Of a stretch of 47,341 nucleotides of DNA, positions 42,412-47,341 are shown one piece after another. The notes below the pieces were generated by a model, which worked only from the letters and a program-made list of their open reading frames with translations, did not search any database and was not told the DNA's origin. The position numbers and the translations under genes were made by a program. The stretch covers positions 1 to 47,341 of the IMG/VR virus record IMGVR_UViG_3300045450_000074; one strand, 5' to 3'. Position 1 is the stretch's first letter; the number at the start of each line of letters is the position of its first letter. Source of the stretch: a virus.

Positions 42412-42696
42412 ATGCCATCGCATACGACTTCATTCGAGCGCATCACCGACGACGCCGCAGTCGAAATCGTCGTCGATTTCACGCTCGTTGGCGGCTCCGA
42501 AGCGAGCGGCCTTTCCGGCCCGCCCGAGCATTACGACCCCGGCGAGGCGCCGGAGTTCGTGATCGAAGGCGCTTACGTGCGCGGCACGGACGAGGAGGTC
42601 GCGCTCACGCCCGAGGAGGAGGCGGCCGTCGAGCGCGACGTTATGGAGCGCATCGCCGATTTCGAGGACCGCGACGACTATCCCGAGGATTATTGA
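42412..42696 (+). CDS. hypothetical very acidic protein (94 aa)
   Basis: ORF 42403..42696. The GAAAGGA RBS favours ATG 42412. About 28% Asp+Glu. Confidence 0.55.
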   Translation: MPSHTTSFERITDDAAVEIVVDFTLVGGSEASGLSGPPEHYDPGEAPEFVIEGAYVRGTDEEVALTPEEEAAVERDVMERIADFEDRDDYPEDY

Positions 42697-42697
42697 C

Positions 42698-43162
42698 TTG
42701 CGCGTCTCGCTCACCATCCCCGGCGCCCCCGAGGGCAAGCGCCGGCCACGGATCGACACCCGCGGCGGCTTCGCTCGCATTCACGCCACGGACGCGGATA
42801 TTAAGCGCGAGCGGCTGATCCGCCAGCTCGCCCGCGAGGCGATGGACGGGCGTCCGCCGTTCGTCGGCCCGGTTCGCGTCGACGTCGAAGCGATATTCGA
42901 GCCGCCTGTCTCATGGTCGCGCAAAAAGCGCGAGGCCGCGCTTGCCGCGTTCTGGCACACCTCCAAGCCCGACAAGGACAATGTCGAGAAGTCGATCCTC
43001 GACGGCCTCAATCCGGACCCCCGCGCCAAGCTCGCGGTCGACCGCCTCCCCTTCTGCCTCACCGACGACGCGCAAGTCGCGGCCGGTTTCACCACCAAAA
43101 GGTGGGGATCGCCCGCGCGCGTTGAGGTGACGATATCCGTACTCACACCCCGGACCGCCTGA
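42698..43162 (+). CDS. rusA: RusA Holliday-junction resolvase
   Basis: ORF track (TTG start, GAGGA RBS). IPGAPEGKRRPR...KPDKDNVEKSILDGL...DDAQV matches the RusA pattern. Confidence 0.8.
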   Translation: MRVSLTIPGAPEGKRRPRIDTRGGFARIHATDADIKRERLIRQLAREAMDGRPPFVGPVRVDVEAIFEPPVSWSRKKREAALAAFWHTSKPDKDNVEKSILDGLNPDPRAKLAVDRLPFCLTDDAQVAAGFTTKRWGSPARVEVTISVLTPRTA

Positions 43163-43166
43163 TCCA

Positions 43167-44366
43167 ATGACCGACCCCGCCCCGCTCACTCCCCCCGACA
43201 GCGATATCTCCGACTTCGGGTTCATGCCGCTCGACGTCGTGCGGTTCCGCAATAGCGACCTTGTCGCGTTCGAGCCGGCCGAGAGCATCCTCGCCGCCCT
43301 CATGCTATGGGGCGTCGCGTGGCACTCGACCCCGGCCGCCAGCCTCACCGACGACGACCGCTCGCTCGCCCAGGCGGCCGGCTTCGGTCGCGCCGTGAAG
43401 GAATGGCAACAGGTGCGAGAGGGCGCGCTCCGCGGCTTCATCAAATGCAGCGACGGCCGCCTCTATCATCCCGTCGTCGCCGAGAAGGCGAACGAGGCGT
43501 GGAAAGCGAAGCTCCGCCGGCTGTGGGCGACCCATTGCGCCGCGATCCGCAAGAGGAACGAGCGCAAGGATGATGGCCAAAAAGATGTGACACCCTCGTT
43601 CGAGGAGTGGCTTGTCGCGCGTGACGCACCCCCATTGTCACAAGCTCAACCTGCCGTGTCACGTGTGACAGACGTCAAAGTCACGCGTGACACCCCCCCA
43701 AAAAACGCTCCAAGGGACAGGGAAGGGACAGGGAAGGGACAGGGACAGGGAGAATCATATTCAAACAACAACCGTGAGTCCGCGCCGCAGCCCGCGGAAT
43801 TGCGGAAGCGCGACGTTGATCCGTTCGACGTGATGAACATCACCGACGGCCTCGCACGCCGGGCCGGCGTCCCGCATTCGCAGCCGACACACGTCGCCCG
43901 CAACCTCGACACGGTTCGCCAGTGGCACGCCGACGGGATCGACATGGCGATCGTCGAGCAGCAGATCGACCGGTTCCGCCTCGACAAGCCCGAGGACCGG
44001 GTCGCCTCCCTCCTGTTTTTCGATCAGGGGGTTCGCGCCGTCGTCGCCGGCAAGGCCGCCCGAGAGCGCGGCGGCAAGGGCAAGGACACCGGGTTCGTCT
44101 CAACGATCGCCGCGCCGCCCGTCGCGCCGCTCCGCGAGGGCGATGATCCCGACCCCCGGATCGCCACGATCCGCAGGACGTTCAACGGGAACCCCTCGTT
44201 GGCGCCGGACAAGGTCTCGCTCCGCCTCGGCGATGACGACGGGGAGCCGATGCTCATCCTCGTCGCACGGTCGGCGTACGTGAAATCTCAGCTCGACCTT
44301 GAGCCGATCCGTCACGCCGCTCGCGACGCGCTCGGCTCCGGCGTCGTCGAGGTCCGGGTCCAGTGA
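43167..44366 (+). CDS. replication initiation-associated protein (DUF1376/YdaU-like N-terminus)
   Basis: ORF track. FMPLDVVRFRNSDL...ALMLWGVAWHS...DDDRSLAQAAG pattern. Contains an internal repeat block. Confidence 0.7.
   Translation: MTDPAPLTPPDSDISDFGFMPLDVVRFRNSDLVAFEPAESILAALMLWGVAWHSTPAASLTDDDRSLAQAAGFGRAVKEWQQVREGALRGFIKCSDGRLYHPVVAEKANEAWKAKLRRLWATHCAAIRKRNERKDDGQKDVTPSFEEWLVARDAPPLSQAQPAVSRVTDVKVTRDTPPKNAPRDREGTGKGQGQGESYSNNNRESAPQPAELRKRDVDPFDVMNITDGLARRAGVPHSQPTHVARNLDTVRQWHADGIDMAIVEQQIDRFRLDKPEDRVASLLFFDQGVRAVVAGKAARERGGKGKDTGFVSTIAAPPVAPLREGDDPDPRIATIRRTFNGNPSLAPDKVSLRLGDDDGEPMLILVARSAYVKSQLDLEPIRHAARDALGSGVVEVRVQ
43587..43773 (+). repeat. putative origin of replication (iterons, tandem 11-mers, AT-rich tract)
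   Basis: gtgacaccc at 43587, gtgacgcaccccc at 43621 and gtgacaccccccc at 43687. Palindrome gtcacgcgtgac at 43680-43691. Three copies of agggacaggga at 43713-43745. AT-rich aatcatattcaaacaacaa at 43753. Confidence 0.5.
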
Positions 44367-44734
44367 CCGAACGGGTCTCCGCCCTCGTCGAGCGGCTCAA
44401 CCGCGCCAACGCCGAGCGCCTCGTCGCGATCAGCGGCGGAACCCGTCTCCACGTTCCCGGACGCCTCGCCAACGCCGGCCGGCTCACCAAGCTCCTCGGC
44501 GAGGACCTCGCGATCCTCGTCGTCCTCCATTTCGGCGACAGCCGCCTCGCCGTCCCGCTCACGCTCGACGGCCCAGGCGGACCCCGGAAACCCGTCGACC
44601 TCCGCAAGCTCAAGCGGCTCGTGGCCAAGGGCTGGTCGTCGGCGCGGATCGCTCGCGAGCTGCAATGCTCCGAACGAACCATCTACGCGAAACGTGCGGC
44701 CCTTCGCTCACGCACGTCCCGCCAACCCCGTTGA
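44363..44734 (+). CDS. Mor/C-like transcriptional activator (C-terminal HTH)
   Basis: GTGA overlap. SGGTRLHVP plus GWSSARIARELQCSERTIYAKR. Size of about 123 aa. Confidence 0.5.
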   Translation: MTERVSALVERLNRANAERLVAISGGTRLHVPGRLANAGRLTKLLGEDLAILVVLHFGDSRLAVPLTLDGPGGPRKPVDLRKLKRLVAKGWSSARIARELQCSERTIYAKRAALRSRTSRQPR

Positions 44735-44760
44735 GTGATGATTTGAGGATGGACACGACC

Positions 44761-45876
44761 ATGCAACACGACGACGACACGGCCGGACCCGGCAAAATCG
44801 AGCAAATTGGGGCCGCCAGCGCGCAAACGGTGCATTCGAGCTACACGGTTAGCCGGGAGCCTCAAACGGCGCTCAGCGGGCAGATTTCGCCGAGTCGTGA
44901 GCTTCTGATCCGCCAGCTCGAAAACGAGACGGCCGTTTTCCTCAAGGCGAAGGTCTGGAAAGCCGAGCATGGCGACACGGACTATCGGATCGCGGGGCCA
45001 AGCATGGCGCGTCTCTTGCGGGATGCGCGAAATACGATCGCCGCCAATCCAGCGCCAGACGTCGCCGCGCTCACCGTGAAGCTCGCCGACGTCGAGACGG
45101 AGCGAGATCAAGCCCGAGAGCTGGCGGATCAGGCGGACGGATATCTCCGCCGCGCCGAGATCGCGGAAGGCGAGCGCGACGAGCTGGCGTCGAAGGTGCA
45201 AGCCCTCTCCGAACCGCGCGTTTTTAACGTCGCCGGTCTCGTCGACGCGGACCTTGCCGAGCGGTACGAGAACCTTCGGTCGTCGTATGCGAATCTTGAG
45301 GCGCAGCTCGACGCGCTCAAGCACGAGCTGGCGAGCGAGATCGCAAAAGTTGCCGGCCTATGGTGCCGGGTTGAGGACGTAGAAGCCGAGCGCGACACCG
45401 CGGAGAAGCGCGCCGAGGCGTTCCGCGAGACGATCCTCGAATATGCCGGGCAGTTGACGGACGCGATCGAGCAGCGCGACGCCGCGGCGGAGAATGCGCG
45501 CCGGGAGCGCGATCGGCACGGAACCTACGACGCGGAGACGCTCGCCGCGGCTGGCGAGCAGCTCGGCCGCAACGCCCTCACGCTTGGCACGGGCATGCTC
45601 ACCGCCAGCGGAGGCGAGGCGACCCGGTATCGCGCGCATTTCGTCGAGAGCATCCTCCGCGCCGCCGGTCTCGTGTCGCAGCGCGAGCAGAAGCCGCGTT
45701 GCCGGGTCGTGACCTCGCCGCGCTTCTACAGCGAGGAGGAGCGGTTGGCGGCGGCCGGAGAGGTGTCGAAACTTGCGATCTCGCGTCACGGTAGTGGCGA
45801 CACGCTCGGCGTCCGATGCCTCGCTTACGTCGACGCCGTCGCCCAAGCGCTCGGCATGCGGAGGGCCGCGAAGTGA
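44761..45876 (+). CDS. hypothetical coiled-coil protein (371 aa)
   Basis: Internal ATG of ORF 44299..45876 with a GAGGA RBS. The start could alternatively be 44749. Confidence 0.6.
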   Translation: MQHDDDTAGPGKIEQIGAASAQTVHSSYTVSREPQTALSGQISPSRELLIRQLENETAVFLKAKVWKAEHGDTDYRIAGPSMARLLRDARNTIAANPAPDVAALTVKLADVETERDQARELADQADGYLRRAEIAEGERDELASKVQALSEPRVFNVAGLVDADLAERYENLRSSYANLEAQLDALKHELASEIAKVAGLWCRVEDVEAERDTAEKRAEAFRETILEYAGQLTDAIEQRDAAAENARRERDRHGTYDAETLAAAGEQLGRNALTLGTGMLTASGGEATRYRAHFVESILRAAGLVSQREQKPRCRVVTSPRFYSEEERLAAAGEVSKLAISRHGSGDTLGVRCLAYVDAVAQALGMRRAAK

Positions 45877-46067
45877 AGGGCCTTTCGCGCCCAATGAGGG
45901 CCAAGCTCAATCTGATCGCCAACGCGAAGGACGGTTATCGCGGCACGCACGACCGCACGTCCGACGCGCTCATCCGCCGCGGGTTCATCCGGTTCGAGCG
46001 GGTGAGCGAGCGGTCCCTTTTCCTCATGTTCCACGCGACCGACGCCGGCCGGGAGGCGCTGCGATGA
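45873..46067 (+). CDS. hypothetical protein (64 aa)
   Basis: GTGA overlap. An alternative ATG lies at 45894. Confidence 0.45.
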   Translation: MKGLSRPMRAKLNLIANAKDGYRGTHDRTSDALIRRGFIRFERVSERSLFLMFHATDAGREALR

Positions 46068-46357
46068 TCCCACCTCGCCTTGGCGCCGGTAAGACCGTTC
46101 GCCTCGACAAGATGCTCGTCCCCGTCAACATGGGGAAACCGAACGACGACGACTCCGCGGTCATGTTCGGCGCGCATCCGGAGTCGCCGATCGGGCCGAA
46201 GGTCATTGTCGGCGTCACCGGCACCAATGCGGAAGCCGGCGTCCGCGTCGCAATGATGGCGTTCCTTGATCCCGACGAGGCTATCGAGCTGGCGGCGCAA
46301 CTCCTCCTCGCCGCGTCGACGGTCGAGGAGGCGAACCGCAAGGCGCCCAGGCAATGA
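46064..46357 (+). CDS. hypothetical protein (97 aa)
   Basis: ATGA overlap. In frame with ORF 45773..46357. Confidence 0.5.
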   Translation: MIPPRLGAGKTVRLDKMLVPVNMGKPNDDDSAVMFGAHPESPIGPKVIVGVTGTNAEAGVRVAMMAFLDPDEAIELAAQLLLAASTVEEANRKAPRQ

Positions 46358-46524
46358 CCGATCGTTTCCGCCCCGACGCCGCGGTCCGCCGCGTCTCGCC
46401 GTCACCACACAATGTCCGCCCGACCGGGAGCATATTCCGCGATCACCCCCGTGCCGGCTTCAAGGCGCTTTCCGGACGCGTTCTTGGCCCGGAGGACGAC
46501 GAGGAATTGACGCGGCCCGCGTAA
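46354..46524 (+). CDS. hypothetical protein (56 aa)
   Basis: ATGA overlap. Read by eye (below the track size cutoff). Confidence 0.35.
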   Translation: MTDRFRPDAAVRRVSPSPHNVRPTGSIFRDHPRAGFKALSGRVLGPEDDEELTRPA

Positions 46525-46580
46525 AAGCGCAATGACGTGTCCGCCGGGATCACACCGGCGGACAAACCGGGAAAAGCGTC

Positions 46581-46784
46581 ATGGACTATCGCACCGGGGG
46601 CGAGATCAATCCGCCCCGAGACTTCACCCTCGCCGAGGATATCGTCTTCGGCGTCATCGTCATCGCGATCCCCCTGATCGTGCTGATCCTGCCGGCAATC
46701 TTTGCCTACGACGCGGCCGTCGGGCGTCTCAGCCGGTGGACGGTCGACCCCGACGCGCCTGAGAGCATGAGGGACCGCGCATGA
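46581..46784 (+). CDS. single-pass membrane protein (67 aa)
   Basis: ORF track. The TM segment is IVFGVIVIAIPLIVLILPAIFA. Confidence 0.55.
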   Translation: MDYRTGGEINPPRDFTLAEDIVFGVIVIAIPLIVLILPAIFAYDAAVGRLSRWTVDPDAPESMRDRA

Positions 46785-46900
46785 TCGCCGAGGTTGGCGA
46801 TTGGGTCATTGCCAACCGCTCCACGCTCTACCTGATCGGCGCAACGATCTTCGCGGTCGTCGTGGCAATCGCGGCTCTTGAGGAGAACCCGGCCCCATGA
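46781..46900 (+). CDS. tiny membrane protein (39 aa)
   Basis: ATGA overlap. LYLIGATIFAVVVAIAAL, read by eye. Confidence 0.35.
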   Translation: MIAEVGDWVIANRSTLYLIGATIFAVVVAIAALEENPAP

Positions 46901-47010
46901 ACCATATTCTCGCGCATGCGGCCATCTTGGCGATCTTCGCGATCGTCGTCGGCGCGTGCCTCTATCTCGACCTAACCAATACAGACGACGAGGAGTTTCC
47001 GATCCTATGA
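46897..47010 (+). CDS. tiny membrane protein (37 aa)
   Basis: ATGA overlap. AAILAIFAIVVGACLYL, read by eye. Confidence 0.35.
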   Translation: MNHILAHAAILAIFAIVVGACLYLDLTNTDDEEFPIL

Positions 47011-47333
47011 CAGACGAACAATTCGCGGCGCGATATGGCGCGCTAGCCCATGCCGTGCAAAGCGGCGCCGCTCAGGAACAGGCGCTCGACGACGCCGCGG
47101 TCCGCACCGGCAACCGGTCGGCCACCGGCGTGCCGCACTCGCCCAAGATGCTCCGGACCGGGATCAATATGGCCATGGTCGAGGGAGGCGCGCTCGCTCA
47201 ACTGCTCATCGGCAAAGGCGTGATTACGATGGAGGAATATCGCACCGCCCTCCTTATCGGCCTTGAGCGCGAGGTCGAGGAATACGAGCGTCGGCTCTCC
47301 GTCCGCATCGGCGTCCCGGTGACGTTAGGATGA
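47007..47333 (+). CDS. hypothetical protein (108 aa)
   Basis: Internal ATG of ORF 46878..47333 (ATGA overlap). Its 3' end is duplicated at 1-119 by the terminal overlap. Confidence 0.6.
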   Translation: MTDEQFAARYGALAHAVQSGAAQEQALDDAAVRTGNRSATGVPHSPKMLRTGINMAMVEGGALAQLLIGKGVITMEEYRTALLIGLEREVEEYERRLSVRIGVPVTLG

Positions 47334-47341
47334 GCGCCGCT
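47215..47341. repeat. second copy of the 127-bp terminal overlap
   Basis: Identical to bases 1-127. Confidence 0.95.

Noticed and set aside
43713-43752. Tandem agggacaggga repeats considered as a possible CRISPR array or minisatellite
   Set aside because: The units are 11 nt with no spacers, lie inside a coding region and have no cas genes nearby. They are interpreted instead as part of an ori/linker repeat block.
46538-46562. Perfect 9-bp hairpin gtccgccgg / ccggcggac in the 46525-46580 gap, considered as a terminator
   Set aside because: No T-run follows it on either strand. It may be regulatory or fortuitous, and there is not enough support to call it.

Overview
This window is a complete, circularly closed phage genome. 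Bases 1-127 repeat exactly at 47215-47341, so the unique length is about 47,214 bp. GC content is very high (alphaproteobacterium-like), and genes are tightly packed with many ATGA/GTGA start-stop overlaps.

Gene layout:
- 40313 through the junction to 11369 (+): Cro-like HTH, N6-adenine methyltransferase, RusA, a DUF1376 replication protein with an internal ori-like repeat block, a Mor-like activator, and many tiny Cys-rich or transmembrane ORFs. These are followed by terS, terL, a Mu gp29/DUF935 portal, a MuF-type head protein and fibre-like proteins.
- 11346-15298 (-): a 12-gene antisense accessory cassette (RNase H, C5-like methyltransferase, GNAT-like protein and others) that splits the head module.
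- 15458-34609 (+): gpO/gpI-like scaffold-protease, DUF2190 decoration protein, major capsid, Mu gp36/gpG/gp37-like connectors, tail tube, G/GT chaperone with a canonical -1 frameshift, tape measure, a 990-aa fibre, and a lysis cassette with a DUF3380 muramidase.
- 34590-35771: a small orphan module.
- 35807-40159 (-): a leftward recombination operon (SMC-like ATPase, PD-(D/E)XK exonuclease, Sak4-like ATPase).

No integrase, transposase, tail sheath, tRNA or CRISPR array was seen.

The most interesting signals are two capsid-internal proteins that carry extra enzyme domains. The portal contains an inserted 2H (Acb1-like) phosphodiesterase module, and the MuF protein ends in a RadC-like JAB/MPN domain. 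Also notable are four identical in-frame 19-mers upstream of terS, a 19-nt motif shared by the head and tail operon leaders, and signal-peptide morons bracketed by terminators. All functional calls come from motif recognition by eye, and no database search was run.
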